Shown: piece after piece, positions 12,050 to 25,843 of the stretch
Numbering within the stretch: the first letter of the stretch is position 1
Layout of the letters: each line of letters starts with the position of its first letter
Source of the DNA: Eukaryota sp. GEM-RC1
Taxonomy: Eukaryota
Assembly: GCA_040285855.1 (NCBI GenBank)
Contig: JAUFOQ010000001.1
Span: 3,596,001 to 3,660,000 of the forward strand
Length of the DNA stretch: 64,000 nt
Direction of reading: 5' to 3'
Notes under the pieces: generated by a model
The model's database searches: none
What the model saw: the letters and a program-made list of their open reading frames with translations, nothing else
Told to the model about the DNA's origin: nothing
Position numbers and translations under genes: made by a program

Positions 12050-15000
12050 TTAATTTTCCATTGGTATTTGTGCTACATATTTAGACATTTCAATCACATT
12101 TGGAATCACCCTAACATTGGAAACGTCATCAGAAACACTTCGTTTAGTACTAAACCGTTCTCCTTCCACAATCATAAGCTGATCATCACGTTTACAAAGC
12201 TCAGAAAAGACTGGACTCAATGAAGTGACCCCTTCAAATAGTGATTTACTTCCAAAAACAAATAAACCCAATCTCGCTCTGGAAAAGGCAACTACAGCAC
12301 GTCGATGATCAATCAAATGACCTGGTGATTTTGTCCTTACCAAGGAAAGTAAAACGTAATCATTCTGACGACCTTGATAAGAATCAACAGTAGAGATATG
12401 TGCAGGACGTCGAAAGAAAGGATTCTTGCATCTGACCTTGAACACGTCCTCAATCAATTCTTTTGACCTATATACGTTGTCAGAATTGAAATTTTCTCTG
12501 CCGGGTAACCTATTTTCCTCATAAACATGTAGGTTTGAATAACATATTCAGCTTCACCAAGATTTTGGAAAAAATATGGTCGGGGTTCATGTTCACCTTT
12601 TTTAAAATATTCCTCGACATTAATCAATTGACAATCATATTTGAAACCTGGACAAGCTCGAGTAAATTCTGGCGAAGTTTCGACAAAATTGAAATTATTT
12701 AATTTGTCATATTTCCAGCTAAATAATTTGGCTAACTCTGGTTTACATCGCCCTTGTCGATCCAAAGTAATAGCAGAAGCTCCCAAAGCAAGTAATCGAG
12801 TAAACAATGTTTGATCGGCATTTGAGTGGACAATCAGCGACGTGTTCTTAATCACTGGGGGCAATTGATTATGATCTCCAATCAAAAGAATTCGCTTGAC
12901 TTCTGTATTCGTATTACAGAGAAATGGAATCACAGCATCTAGTTCAACACATTGAGCAGATTCTTCCATAATAAATGAATCAAATTTAAAATTATTCTCA
13001 ACAAACCACTTCAATTTCAACGTGGCGTGTGTTACAGTCATTGCTACCACTTTTGAATAATTAGTAACAATGAAGTCACCACGAGAGTTAGGAGTTGGAA
13101 GAACTTCAAAGGGATGGATCTCACGTAGTTGATTGCGGATCACGATTATTGATTGGTATTGATTGGTGATGGTATTGAGATCGTCAGTTGCTGATTGGGA
13201 TGATGGTAGTGATTGTGATTGGAATGAAAAGTTAAAAACTGTTTGGAAAAAAGATAATAATGGGCATGATGTTCGATAAAAATCAAAATGGTGATTTTTG
13301 ATCGCATTTTCACCTTCAATTAGAAAATCTTTCCATTTCTCATCAATCAAATCAAGGACAATCAATGCTGACTCACACGTTTCCACAGTTGTCAACCCAA
13401 TCACACCAACAAGTTGATTAACAGTATCAATCAAATATGATCTCTTTGCCAGCACAGCAGCAACTCTTCCCTCTCTTGAAAAATCTTGACCAGAAGTCGA
13501 CAATCGTGACTCTCCATGACCCAATCTAACCAATCTGCTGACGTCAACACCTCGGTCAACGACTTTCTCGAACAATTGATTAAGCGCGTCATTTGAGTGA
13601 GTAATGACTAGTACACGACTGCTGGAACACTCATTAATGATTGATGATTGCAGAAGAGAGGCAACTACCTGCGATGCAACGTCAGACTTGCCTGTTCCGG
13701 GAGGTCCGACTACCATCGACAATCCAGGACACAGAGCTGATATAATAGAAAAGAATTGGGCTTCAGTGTAGAAGAAAGGTGAAGAAGATGACGTCAACAA
13801 TGAAGGAATAGGTTTGAAATCTTTGATTTTAATTGATTTGACCAGAGAATTTTCAAAAATTGGAGATATTGAAATACAGAATGAACTGGTGAATATTTCT
13901 GAATTTGAAATATCAGATATATTTGAAACTAAATCTCGCTGATTGTGAAGTAAATCTCCAGTGACTTGAATCACGTGTTCACCTTCCGTTTTTGAAAAAA
14001 CAGGGCAGTATTCACGAGGATCACCAAATCCAATCAACATAGAGCTCAACCAGTCGGGAAACTGATTAATCAAGGAATTTTTGATTATATACTGAACAGT
14101 CTGAAGTACAAAAGGGAAATTGCCTTCTCTTGCTGAGGTTTTGTACAAAAAATTAAATTTTTGAAAATTGAAACTTTGTTCAGATGTTTCCAAAATTAAC
14201 ATTGATTGAAACCATTGAATCGTCTTCGTCATCGACGTGACAATTTTGAACTACTGCACCAAATACTTTCTCAATGCCCCACTTTTTAGGAAATAATTGA
14301 TGGTTTTGTCCTTCGTCACCAGAAATCGATAAAAGGTACACAATATCAAATTTGTGTAAATTTTTCCAATTATTCAAATTTTCCCCAGTGAATCCAGCAA
14401 CTGAAATTTTTAACGAAGCTGAACTAGACGAAAAATGACAATCATCTTTGATTAATGCAGCTATTGGTGGTGACGTTTTGTTATCAATCAAATTCGAAGG
14501 CAATTTAATCGGTCGCAATCTTCTAATTGCAAGTTCGAGGTCATCACGTAGACTGGTGATCCCTTCAATCAAATATGATTGAAACCTCCTATTAAAAAAA
14601 ATCAATCATTCCAAGTGATTGAAAAGTGATAGGTAACGATGGCAAACAGGTTAACTTTTGAGCTACATCTGGACCAGTAGGAGGCACTTGAAGATAGTTC
14701 CAAATCATTTGCTCATTCGGGAAGGTGTCGTGATTGATTAGTGATGACGTCATCGATTGTTTTAACTTGAGATAGTGAGCAATAGTGGGTAAATAAAATT
14801 CCCTGTGATTCTCATTAATCGATAAATCATCAAGATTAAATCCTAAAAGATCAATTAAAACAGACAAGAAATCTGAATCAAATGAATTAATAAAATCAAT
14901 ACATTCAGAAAAATTAAGTAAAACGTGGAGCGAAACTGTTGAAAACCGGACGAAATCATCCTTAAAGGCAACGTCCGCTTCCTTCGCCCTCACGTGACAA

Positions 15001-15710
15001 TCAATCAACAATGATTGAGCTCTTTTTGCCGCCATAACGTGACATGATGACGAATAAAGCTCTTCCCCTGTCACGTCATTAAAAGCGCAATCAGCAACAG
15101 TCAGAAAAGACTCCATCAATCGAATCAACAAAAGATTAGCCGTATTACCCTCATTATTGGACAACTTTGAAGCACTGACACGTACAAAGGTCAAAAAGCC
15201 ACGTGACTCAAGAAAAGGAAGTACAAACCTTCTAGTACTAGGCATACTTATTAAAAGTCTAAACAAACTTATACAATGCTCAGCAAAGGCGACGTGATGA
15301 CGTGATGAGTCTTCAAAAGTCAAGAGACTCTGCAGACAGCTGTAGAACAACTCGCATATTGAAGGAACTAAACGAGATCCAATTAAGGACATTTGTGTTT
15401 TAAGAGGGAGAGACGACATGGGAGAGGATTGATGACGGGAAAGAGATTTAGATACTGATTTGAATCGTTTTTGAGTTGTGTGTTGGGTTTGGGTGAGGAT
15501 GTTCTTGAGGAAAGTGGAAGGGAGTTGCGTCCATAGGGGAAAGGAGCAGAGGGGAAGAGCATGGGATCGGATGTCTTCTTTATGAAGGTTTAGGAAACAA
15601 GAGTTGAGATAGGAAACATCTTTGGATAATGATGACCACTTCTGAGACTGGTTTAAGAGAGAGTTGACGGTGTTAAGAAGAAGGGTGGATTCAAACTGGA
15701 TTTCAAGCAT
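12050..15710 (-). CDS. AQR: Intron-binding spliceosomal RNA helicase Aquarius (three indels)
   Basis: VVGPPGTGKSDVA, ITHSNDALNQLFEK, RLGHGE, MEESAQ, IGDHNQLPPVIKN, FFQNLGEAEY, TVDSYQGRQNDY, VAFSRARLGL. Confidence 0.92.
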
Positions 15711-15968
15711 GTAAATACAACAGAATGGGATTAGAAACAAATTGCATTTAAGTACACCGATTGTTTCAATTAGTCTCACAGAGACTAATTTCTAGTGAGA
15801 GTCTCATTTACGAGAGAAGATCTCGAAATCGTACGTTTGTCCAATCACAGAAATTCTCTGGTAACTGTAGGAGTCCCATCAATCCTAGTACAAGTAACTC
15901 TGAAAAGCAAGGAATTACTGCAGTTGTAGAGAAATTGAAGCTTTCAATAAAATGTATAATGGTTTAAC

Positions 15969-16032
15969 CAGGGGTATCAAAACAATATTATATTTCCAAT
16001 ATTGCTCCAATATTTATTTCCGCTCTTTGAGG
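15969..16032. repeat. End fragment of a CAATATTG-rich DNA transposon family
   Basis: Starts CAGGGG; aatattgctccaatatttat(t/c)ccgctctttgagg recurs at ~41903-41937; similar caatattg clusters at 43730-43800. Confidence 0.45.
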
Positions 16033-16464
16033 CAGTGATCGTCAAAATATAAAACCGTAAATACGGTAACTTTTCAGACAACTCCGTAAATAACTTCCGT
16101 ATTTTACGATAATTTTAGATATATTTTACGGCAACATTATTACTTTCCGTAAATAATTGCAATTCGGAACCGTATTTCACTGTAGATTTATTTTTGGATT
16201 GACTACAACAAGAATTGATATGATAATGTTCGTTCTAGTTTGTTTGTAGTAATAATTTCTTAATGTTCAATATCATATTTATTTCAACAATACATTACTC
16301 TTATCTTCTAAATATCATCGATGTCCAATACATTGATGTCAGATTCGTCATTCTCATCGTCATCATCATTTGGGAACCGCTGCAGTATCTTTTCGACTAA
16401 ATACATGTCCCAATACTTTCTGTTATAATAAGAAAACAACAAATAAATAAAACCTGGATTTTGA

Positions 16465-17335
16465 AAATCGTTTTAGTATTACTAAAATTAATAATGCCGT
16501 TTTTGCTGCTTTCTTAAATGATATTAAGAATTCAACTTGTTTGATCACTCAACAACCACGTCCTTTTGGTTTGCATTTGTCTGATGAGGCTTGAAAATTA
16601 AATATGCGATTGCGTTTAGGTTTGTTTCCTGCAGAATTGCTGGACAATTCTGAGTGCATTTGTAGTCATCGTCGCAGTGCAATTAATTGCCCCAGATTTA
16701 TTCAATTTGGCTCAGTTATTCATAATGCTGTAAGAGATGTTACATTTGAAATGTATAAGGCTCATGGATTTCATGCCAAAGTTGAACCTTTATTTAGTAA
16801 GTTGGGTCTTGATTTAATTAATAATTCTCGTCGAGGTGACTTACATGGTCCTTTTGTTGATTCTAGTCAAATTATCCTTGATGTTACAGTAGATCCATGT
16901 GCTCAAACTTATGTTAATGGCATGAATTCAAAAGGTTTTAATCACCTAGAAACAGCTGAAAAACGTAAAATTGATTTGTATTCCAAAGTTGTTGCTAAAC
17001 TCAATCAAAATTTATATTCAAAATTTGTATTTGTTCCATTTGCTATTTCTATTTTCGGTAGTATTGGTGAAATGGGTTCCAAGTTTTTAACTGATTTTGG
17101 ATCTATGTGTCAGACTCAGAATAAGAGATTTAACTTATCAATTTGTCATAACCGTTTGATTTTTTCTTTGTTCCGTTTGGTGCCTAAGTTCTTTAAATCA
17201 ATTTTCACAAAGTTGTATAAAAACTGTGGTACTGTTGACCAGGAATTTTCGGTGTCTAGTGTTTCATAGCTTTTATTATGATATGTATTTTTGTACCCTC
17301 CATCAATAAACTGTCTTTTTTACAAATAAATAAAC
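16465..17335 (+). mobile_element. 5'-truncated RLE retrotransposon fragment (subfamily B)
   Basis: MRLRLG, HNAVRD, RRGDL, ILDVTV, KIDLY, FVPFAISIFG. Confidence 0.8.
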
Positions 17336-17344
17336 ACTATTAAA

Positions 17345-17522
17345 ACAAATTATCAAACGAACTACTGTACCTAATTACGAAAAGTAGTTGCCTCCAAACA
17401 ACTTGGACAAAATGAAATCAACATATATCTATACATAGACCTAAAAATCGAAAAAGCAAATATACTCTTCCAGTACGATCTGTTAAACTTCTTACCAAAT
17501 TCTGAACACAAATATTTAAAAA
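17345..17522 (-). mobile_element. RLE retrotransposon extreme 3' fragment (subfamily E)
   Basis: LCSEFGKKFNRSYWKSIFAFSIFRS aligns with LCKEKKRKFRMAEWKNRIVFSIYR of the other copies. Confidence 0.6.
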
Positions 17523-18554
17523 AAATTAATAACTCCTCGGTAGAAGAACCGAAGAAGAATGGGGTCCAGTTCATTGGGAGCGCATGCAAAAATAGCCACA
17601 AATTCGGTGGAGGAGGGGCCGTGTTTCCATCCATTAAAAAGTATACCAAATCGCTTAAAAAGCTTCGATTTCAACACTTCAATAGTTTCAGTGTACACCA
17701 ATCGTACATATTTCTTGAGTGTATTCACACAGATGGGTTCTAATTTCGTGTGTTTGCGTACTGTTGGATTTTTGACAAACGCCAAAGACTCCTGGGTTTC
17801 TGTATAGAGCTCTATCCATCCGGTTAGATTCCTACCATTTTTCAAGAGAATTGGCACAGCAAATTGAGCAATATTTTCTGGATGTTCCGCAGATTCAAAA
17901 CTATGATACTCATCAAGATGATCAGCTTTTGCATGAGACAGAAGATTGGTGTACCCCTTTCCCTTCTTAATCCAAGTGACAAAAATGGGTTGACAGTACT
18001 TGCACTTGTAGCAGTCGGAAGAGATTACAGAATGGTTCCTGGGAGGCTGTGGAGGGTCTGCCAGCTTCGTAAAGAAGTGTGTAAGAAGACCATCGTGTTT
18101 GGATCGTCTTGGCATTGTTTACGGAAAAATACATATTTTACGGAATATTTTATTATTATCTATATTAGTTATCAGGAATTAATAGCCTAAACAGTGTATA
18201 ATTTGTTAGAATAATTTATTAACTAATTCCACAATATTTGGTCTATTATGTTGTTCTAATGGCAAAAATATCACGTTCTTCAACGGTCTATAAAGAAAGT
18301 TATTGTTTTAAGTCAAAAGATGTTTGAATCATATTGTGGTATTTTTTTCCCGAAATATGGGGGTATATATTCCCTGCTAACTTAAAAGAGACTCCTCAAG
18401 AATATTGTCTCCCGGATATTTTTCAAATGATTTGTAGATATTTGAACATCCCTTGATTTCAAGAGAACGGTCATAAAATGTCTTGACTTGGGAAGACTCG
18501 TAATCATGATTAACTTAACGCAAATGAATATAATACCACCATTTTTTGGAAATC

Positions 18555-18718
18555 AAAATCGTTAATGGATCTGTATGGATAATCGAATTGTGTTTGCGCT
18601 TTACTGAAGCATGGTTCTATTTCTAAGCTCCATGAATTTCAAGTTGTATAGAAACAGTTGTCGTGTTGATTTGGAGAATTTTCCTTCATACATTTACTGA
18701 ATTAGTATGTATTAATAT
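18555..18718 (+). mobile_element. RLE retrotransposon 3' fragment (subfamily D)
   Basis: Nucleotide similarity to ~4015-4176, including tcgtgttgat.tggagaatt and ctgaattagtatgtattaat. Confidence 0.75.
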
Positions 18719-18748
18719 GTTTTTGGTATATAATGTTCTCGTATGAAA

Positions 18749-19392
18749 CATACTTGTAAAATACACGAGTTTTCATTTGAAAAATACAAAAATACATAAA
18801 ATACAAAAATACATAAAATACACTAAAATACAAAGTAAAATACAAACATCCACGTCAGTCAATCTTCATCTCCACAACTCAACGATAACGGTACAGTAGT
18901 AGATTGTTGTCTACGTTTGCGTTTTCCTGCAGTTGGTGACACCGTATCCAACATTAGTGCATCGTCATGGATCTCCACTAACTCACCAGTTCAATCGTCT
19001 TCAACTTGTACAACTTCCTGATTCTCTTGTTCAACATCAGGAAATTCATAAAATTGGTATAGGGTGGATTGATGGTAAAGATTGGGGAAGAGAAGTCATG
19101 AAGGAGGGTCTGGTTGAAATTATATGTTGAACTTTTTTGTTTCATTAGTTCATCATCTATTATAGACTCTGTGAAATGCAATCAGTTCATAAACAAACGC
19201 TCTCCCAAACCAAAAAAATACGACTATCTCTATCTAATCGACTTATTTTACATCAAATCTGTGCTAAAAAAGCACTTGGAATGTGTGTTTGAAAAATACA
19301 CTAAAATACAGTTTGTATTTTAAAAATCACTTTTGAAAAATACATAAAATACAAAATACATAAAATACAGAGATCTGTATTTTACAAGTATG
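18749..19392. mobile_element. hAT-type MITE / non-autonomous element
   Basis: Perfect 17-bp TIR CATACTTGTAAAATACA (18749-18765 / 19376-19392), perfect 8-bp TSD GTATGAAA, AAAATAC subterminal arrays. Confidence 0.93.
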
Positions 19393-19744
19393 GTATGAAA
19401 TGATGAAAACCACAATAGTTCACTTTGTAAACTCACAACCAAAATATGACTTTGAATAATTTACTAAATCTGTAGGCCATAATGCTAATTACAGACGCCA
19501 TTGATCATTTAGGCTTCAATATATCCGACGATACGTTTGATCTCCCTGTTTTTTTTTGAAATTTTGTCTGAATCTAAAACTTATGTGCACTTTGTGATAG
19601 ACGACCTTATATTGACACACAACCCGCATTCAAGATGTCAGCCTTGTTTAAGGACAATCAATGGTGTTTTCTCCTTATCCTGAAAAAATATGACCAAGAT
19701 TGACTTCCAATAACTGTTCTTGTTGTTTGAATGAAAATCCACGA

Positions 19745-19900
19745 CACGTTTCTCCTGTAGCATACCTTTCAACCTCATCCTCCTGAAACGCCTTCCTTTG
19801 CTGATATGTAAGAAGGATCACATCGTTTGCTCAAACTGTTCTTCTCTTTTTTAGAACTGTCCTATCTGTCACTTGCCTTGCCTTGATGAAAGAAACGTCA
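19745..19900 (+). pseudogene. RING-finger gene fragment
   Basis: ICKKDHIVCSNC...NCPICH read across an indel. Confidence 0.4.
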
Positions 19901-20537
19901 CTTATACAATGAAAGAGACACAACTTTCTGAACATCTTCCATCACACGCTGATGTTATCCACAATTGGCACTTTCTAACAGCTCTTTATCGAAGGAGATG
20001 TTTCAGTTACACCGGAAGGTTCAGAAAACTAGAAGCAGATGCTGTAGTTATATGAAAACGGTTGTCAAACATGGAAAATTGCCGTCTTCCTAGTCTACAA
20101 CCTTTCATCAAGCAACGGCTACTATTACTACCGGTAGTTGCTCAAAGCTCCTCCTTGACACGTGTCATCTTGTCACGTGTCACTTAAGGTCCCTTTTCCT
20201 CCTCATGTATCTACATTTCTATATTTTCCCTATAAGACAGCTTTGGGCGCGTTTGGTTTGGTATTCTTTCTTTCTCAAACACTAACCAAAAGGCAAATCG
20301 TTGTTCAATTTTCTTCTTCAACTGATGAAGTTCTGAGGTTGACCGTACAATATGTTATTCTTATCTTCTTGAATTCCTTCTTCATAATTCACTTCCGAAT
20401 ACATCCAAAAAGGGGACCGTTGAGCACATATTCACCTCTACAATTTGGGGATATGATAGAGAATAAGAAAGTTGACTAAAAGAAACAAATTTTTCTCCAT
20501 ATATAAATGACGTGGAAATTCTCATTGAATCCCTCCA

Positions 20538-21277
20538 ATGTCTTCTTCTGCTAGAGTTTGTCATTCATTCATTGGTTTAAAGAACAATGATAACACTTCT
20601 TACCTCAATGTGCTGCTACAATCTCTTTTCCACACATCTCTCTTCAGAAAAGCAGTTCTCTCAATTCCCAATGAGGAAGGTTCTGACCCTCATGACTCTT
20701 TATCTCTTGCTCGCCAACACTTCTTCTAAGAACTTTCCACTTCTAAGCAGTCCTTGTCTACTACAGATCTTATTATATCTTTAGATTTGTCTGAATCTCG
20801 TATCAGTCGAGATTGTTTCAACTCCATTTACAATCATTTCTTAAAAGTGACACGTCATCATTGTAAAAATCAATTAAGCGGTACTACTCATCAAGAAAAC
20901 TTAATCAGTAAACTGTTTCAAGGGCAACTTTGTTCATACACTAAGTAGGTAGACGCTGAAAATGGAACTGACCTTCATTACACAACAAATGGTGGTTTGT
21001 GTTTGATGATGAAGTTGTTGAAAAAGTTGATGCAGTGGTTGCAATTTAAGTGAATTTTGGAGGAGAAATGACTTGGCCTGCAACTATTGGTAGAGCTGCT
21101 GGCAATGTTGAGATTACTGGTACACATCAGTATAGAGCTCATGGTAATCATCACCAATCACGTCATCAATCACCTGCAAGTAGAAGAGTTCAAAGATGTG
21201 GTAGTATATATATGTTTGTGTATATTAGGGAAAGTGACTATGATGACGTCATGGATGACGTGTTAATTGAACTCTAG
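20538..21277 (+). pseudogene. USP7-like ubiquitin-specific protease remnant
   Basis: FIGLKNNDNTSYLNVLLQSLF...FRKAV (Cys box, with Ser at the catalytic Cys position), FDDEVV, NFGG, YMFVYIRES; stops, frameshifts and a large internal deletion. Confidence 0.7.
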
Positions 21278-21579
21278 TTTGGTTCAGTTAAACCACATCC
21301 TAGCTGATGATGTGTGTACGTCCAACGTCTTATTTAGTTTACTGTTTTTTTTAAGAAATGTTGTTTCTCTTAAAACAGTTGCATTTCAGTGATTCTATTC
21401 AGTGAATAAAGTAATTTGATTCACTTGGAGTTTCTTTGCAACTTATTACCAAATCTTTTAAAACCAGAATTTCCTTCGATTTGGTTCAACCCATTGAGAC
21501 TGTTAAGGTCCATACAACAGTTATTCCTTTGAAATTAAGCCTGATTCCTCCTGTGCAAAACGGTCTCCAAATTGTCGCA

Positions 21580-23208
21580 TTACACAGAACCAGTCTTTGT
21601 ACCAGTCTTCGTACTTTCACTGTGTAAATGACGAGAAACAAAAGAAGCAAACGTCATACCACCAGTGCAGCAATCACCATTAGTCACGTCATCAACGGTC
21701 ACGTCATCAACAGAAGACACGGTGTCCTTGAAATCACAATAGATTATGTTATTAAACGTGTCCAACTTGAAGAAGCACCTATCATCAATTCCATAACCAA
21801 TAGTTAAAAGAAACTGAAGGTTAAGTGACACCATGAGATTGAAAAAATCAATTATAGCAGTAGAATTTTGGAGATTAAAATCTCGATTAAGAACCTGTCT
21901 GTACCGACACGATTTGGTCACAAAATTAAAATTAAAACTACAATTTCTGCCGGAACTGTTATTGAGTTGGAAAAGTTCTAAGAAATCAATTATACACTGT
22001 TTTTTTAAATTGGTAACTGATATTAAATCAGGAAAAACACGTTCCAAACAATACATTGCCAGACTTGACATGAACAGCTGACTCTCCCCCCGGTTACCCC
22101 TGTAAGTAAAACAACATTCATCAAGTCTACAATCATTAAAGAAACTGATTGAATCAGTTTGATGGGGAATGGTATAAAAGTTGAAAAAATGACTTACAGT
22201 GTCAACTAAAACCGCACCATTCCTACCATTTTTTAAAAATACACGCCGATTAGAATTCACACAAAAACGATAGAGATTTGCCAGTTCGTTAGTAATTCGA
22301 TGATTAGAAGAATTAAATTGAGCAATAATGGAAAGCTGAATCAGGGTTGGATTGTCTTTAATGGAGTCCATCAAAAGTTGTAGATTTTGATATGTTATAT
22401 AAACATCAAACTCCAGTTTAATCGTTCTAAGAGTTAAAATAGAGCTCAATGACAACCACTCGTCACGTGTGTCCCACTGAATATCAACACACTCCAACAC
22501 CAAAACTGAAGGAAACGCACACATAACGGACTGAACATCAGCCCAATTGAGTTTATCAAAGGACAATGAAAGAACTTGCGAAGTAACAAAGAGAGGTTTT
22601 TCTAAAAGAGTTGTGATGAAAGGACTAAGAAGATGGTCAAAGAGAGCGTCGGATCTAGGTGATTCAATAGTAAAGTTCAACTTGCTGATGCTGGTTATAT
22701 CAATTACAGGTGGAAATAATTGTTCCAAATGAGTTTCCTCTAAAGAAGAATCTGTATCAAGCTTTACAGTGATCTCTCGAGGTCTAATCAAGAAGTCGAG
22801 AAACCCAATCAACTGGACAAGAGAAGAAAGAAGAAAATCACGTGACGAGGAATCAAAGGAAAACAAAAGACTGGGATTACAACACTGAAGGTAGTATTGG
22901 AGAGCCTGTTGAGTTTTTTGAAAGAAACGAGCAGAGACGAATCCAATGTGTTGAAAGAAGTGACGGATAGATGAGTAGTAGATACCAGAGTTACCATGAA
23001 GATGAGGTATGCGAGGAAGTTGAGCTGCAGAAACAGTGCGTAGAAAGTAGTGAAAGTAGTGAAGAAACACACAACGGACTAAACCAGCAGCTAGACGAAT
23101 TGAACATTCAGATTCTTGGATCGATGCTGAGTGAGAGATCGGTTGTGATGCAGGAGAGTTAATGACTTGCGAGTCTGTAGAGTGTGTATTTGAAACGAAA
23201 GTGTCCAT
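21580..23208 (-). CDS. Hypothetical protein (542 aa), possibly degenerate LRR/RNI-like in the middle
   Basis: Long intact ORF with ATG start; no firm motif. Confidence 0.6.
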   Translation of the reverse strand: MDTFVSNTHSTDSQVINSPASQPISHSASIQESECSIRLAAGLVRCVFLHYFHYFLRTVSAAQLPRIPHLHGNSGIYYSSIRHFFQHIGFVSARFFQKTQQALQYYLQCCNPSLLFSFDSSSRDFLLSSLVQLIGFLDFLIRPREITVKLDTDSSLEETHLEQLFPPVIDITSISKLNFTIESPRSDALFDHLLSPFITTLLEKPLFVTSQVLSLSFDKLNWADVQSVMCAFPSVLVLECVDIQWDTRDEWLSLSSILTLRTIKLEFDVYITYQNLQLLMDSIKDNPTLIQLSIIAQFNSSNHRITNELANLYRFCVNSNRRVFLKNGRNGAVLVDTVSHFFNFYTIPHQTDSISFFNDCRLDECCFTYRGNRGESQLFMSSLAMYCLERVFPDLISVTNLKKQCIIDFLELFQLNNSSGRNCSFNFNFVTKSCRYRQVLNRDFNLQNSTAIIDFFNLMVSLNLQFLLTIGYGIDDRCFFKLDTFNNIIYCDFKDTVSSVDDVTVDDVTNGDCCTGGMTFASFVSRHLHSESTKTGTKTGSV

Positions 23209-23870
23209 TTGAACAAGAAAGAAAAATGTGTCTTTCCAGAAAAATTAAAATTTATTACCAGGAATTGATATAAAAACTTCTCTAATTTCAATGTCCATAT
23301 TTACCATCAGTTTCTTCCATTGAAGAGGGCAAAACGAAGTTTTCTTTCCAGTAGAACAAACAGTAATTGACCAATGTTTAGTTTCGTTCTTCAGTTGTGT
23401 TTAATGTTTATTATAGTACAATAACCATGTTCTTGTTTTAGGATCAACTTTTTCATCAATTCTTTTTTTAACAATCTTCTCAAAGTCAGAGAGAAACCAA
23501 ACATCTTGTTGAGCTTCAGATCTCAGATTGAAACAAAATGACAAAGTCTGTATTCAACATGTCTAGTATGTTTGAGAACTGTCAAGGGAATATCATATTT
23601 GTTTCTCTTAAATTGTTCTGAAAAATCAAGGGGAAAAATTGATTTTGAAGATCTTTAACAAGAAGATTTTGACTTGGGCTCTCAATTACGTCATCTGATA
23701 CACTGGGTGAGTTTTGGGCTGTACTTTGAGTAGTGTTCTGTATATTTGTATTGACCTAAATCACTCAGGTCATTAGGTTAGTAATAATTCGCACAGGTCA
23801 TTTTCCAAGTGAACCCCAGGAGAAATCAACAAACTGAGATTCTCCTCTACTTACTGGCGAATCTAGAATA

Positions 23871-25071
23871 ATGCTACACGACACAATCTTACTCAATGTT
23901 TTGAGGTATATCCAAAAACAACACCTCTCCCAAGTAAGTCTCAGATTCTATACTCTCTATTTCGAAAGTCTACACCACACTTCGCAACAAATCATCCTTC
24001 ATCAAAACCCCGATCTCGTCATTCTTAGAGGTCTTCTCCACTTCAACGTAGGACGTATATCCCTCCCTCAGTTTCTTGCCCCAATACCGACCCCTCTTTC
24101 ATCTTGTTGTTGACATCACCATAGGCGAAGGCTATCATCCTGATCTCTCTCTTTTCCCTTCTCTCAAGTCCCTTAATGTCTACGATTCTTCCTCTCTGTA
24201 TCAACTTCTACCCACCTTGCCTCCTTCAGTTACTAATCTTTCCATCATGGACGATTTTGATGAAGATGTTTCATCATATAGACTACCAAATATCACGACA
24301 TTTAGTCTGTGTTTCGGTTGTCTTCAAATTTTAAATTTATTCGCATTTTCAAATCTTTCTTCCTTAAGTTTATATGATGTCACTCTGGCTGGTGATGCGG
24401 ACAACATCGACAGTGACTTAGTTTTTCCCAGTGTTAGAACGTTGTCTATGGACAAATGTCGATTTCCACACTTTGTTTTATATTATTTCATTAATATTTC
24501 AAAATTGTTACTGGGACCTAGAACAGACTTTTATCAAATTCAATGTTTCTCTTCTTTAAAAGAAGTGTCTGTACAATCTGTTGTAGATTGCAATTATCTA
24601 TATTCTTTAAGAAAATTGACTTTAGATTTCGATTTTAACAACCCTATTTTGGTGGACAATTTTTCATGTAATAATCTAACATTTTTAAAAGTTTCAGGTT
24701 TAGTGAAGTTTAACACGGAGAATTTGATATCGGTAAAGCACCTCAAAATTGTTCTAAATCATCAATCAAATTCTTTTTTCTCTCTCACTGAATTCCTTTG
24801 TGGAGCTACTCTACCTTTATTGTCTTGTGTTGATATTTCTTTAAATGTTGAATGTACTTCCCAATTGAGTGTAGATTTAGAAGAGTTTCAAAGTGTGAAA
24901 ACTGTAATTGTTAATTCAAACTCAAAGTGTACTCTGGAATGTACTTTTAAAAATTGTCAGAATGTTAAATATTTAATTTTGAAAGGTGCAAATGAGTTAG
25001 CTGATTCTGAAGTCCTACGACAACTCTTTCCTAATTTAGAATATAGGAAAGTTCTTACACTTGACACGTAG
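23871..25071 (+). CDS. F-box-like / leucine-rich repeat protein (one indel near 24075)
   Basis: N-terminal LHDTILLNVLRYI...LSQVSLRF (F-box-like); LxxLxL repeats (FPSLKSLNV, LPPSVTNLSI, FSNLSSLSL, FPNLE). Confidence 0.6.
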
Positions 25072-25748
25072 TAGGGATCACAACTGATATAAAAGTTTAA
25101 ATTATCTATATTTCGAAGTGATTTCTATTCAGGATGTACAAGGTCTTCCAGCTTTGTGAAGTTTGTGAGTTTTTGATACGCAGCGTTGTTTTCGGAAAAT
25201 TAATTGGTTAATACAGTAGTTTGTTCTGTATAATATTTGTAGTTAGTAACATTAAAGTGAGGATTTCATATATGTTGAAGAATATGTTCTAAGAAATAAA
25301 AAGGTGAAGCTTAAGTGATTATACTTTCATAGGAAGTTGAAAACATTAATGTACCAAGTTTTGAGCCCTCAATATCCCTAGTGAAATCACTAGTGTGTCA
25401 ATCCTTTAATGAAGTGAGGATTAATTATCTTCGCCACAACACCTGATTGAGACGCAACACAAGATTCATCAAAGGAAACGACAAATGAAATTAATGGGGT
25501 TGTTAAAATATCAGACCAAGACCGAAAAATCACATGTCAGGTCAAGGTCAAACATCTGGCAGTTTATGGGTGAGTGTCATGTTTTAAAAGATCAAAATTT
25601 GATTATCATGTGCAATTTACTCTTGGTATACACTAACAGATGCATTCAAGAAATTATTAGATTTGACTGTGTTTATACGGATTTTCGACAGTTAAAGAAT
25701 TAATTAAATTGTAGGTTTCAGGTCAAATGTCAATTCTCAAGGTCCACA

Positions 25749-25801
25749 GTATCAGGTCACAGGTAAGGTCATCAAATTTATTGTGACCTGTGACCTGATA
25801 C
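25749..25801. promoter_or_regulatory. 16-bp perfect inverted repeat built from AGGTCA units, upstream of BTB-SPRY copy 2
   Basis: GTATCAGGTCACAGGT (25749-25764) / ACCTGTGACCTGATAC (25786-25801). Confidence 0.5.
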
Positions 25802-25843
25802 GTTTTTGCAAGAAGCGGAAATTAACATCAGATCTTTTGCCAT

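Larger units (their letters stand above)
16033..18150 (-). mobile_element. Disrupted hAT DNA transposon (BED finger transposase), middle replaced by retroelement fragments
   Basis: ORF 17516-18115: CKYC...GYTNLLSHAKADH BED finger and FGILFNGW (catalytic D reads N). C-terminal LFSYYNRKYWD plus acidic tail at 16308-16440. CAGTG terminus at 16033 with ccgta/tacgg subterminal repeats at both ends. Confidence 0.7.
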
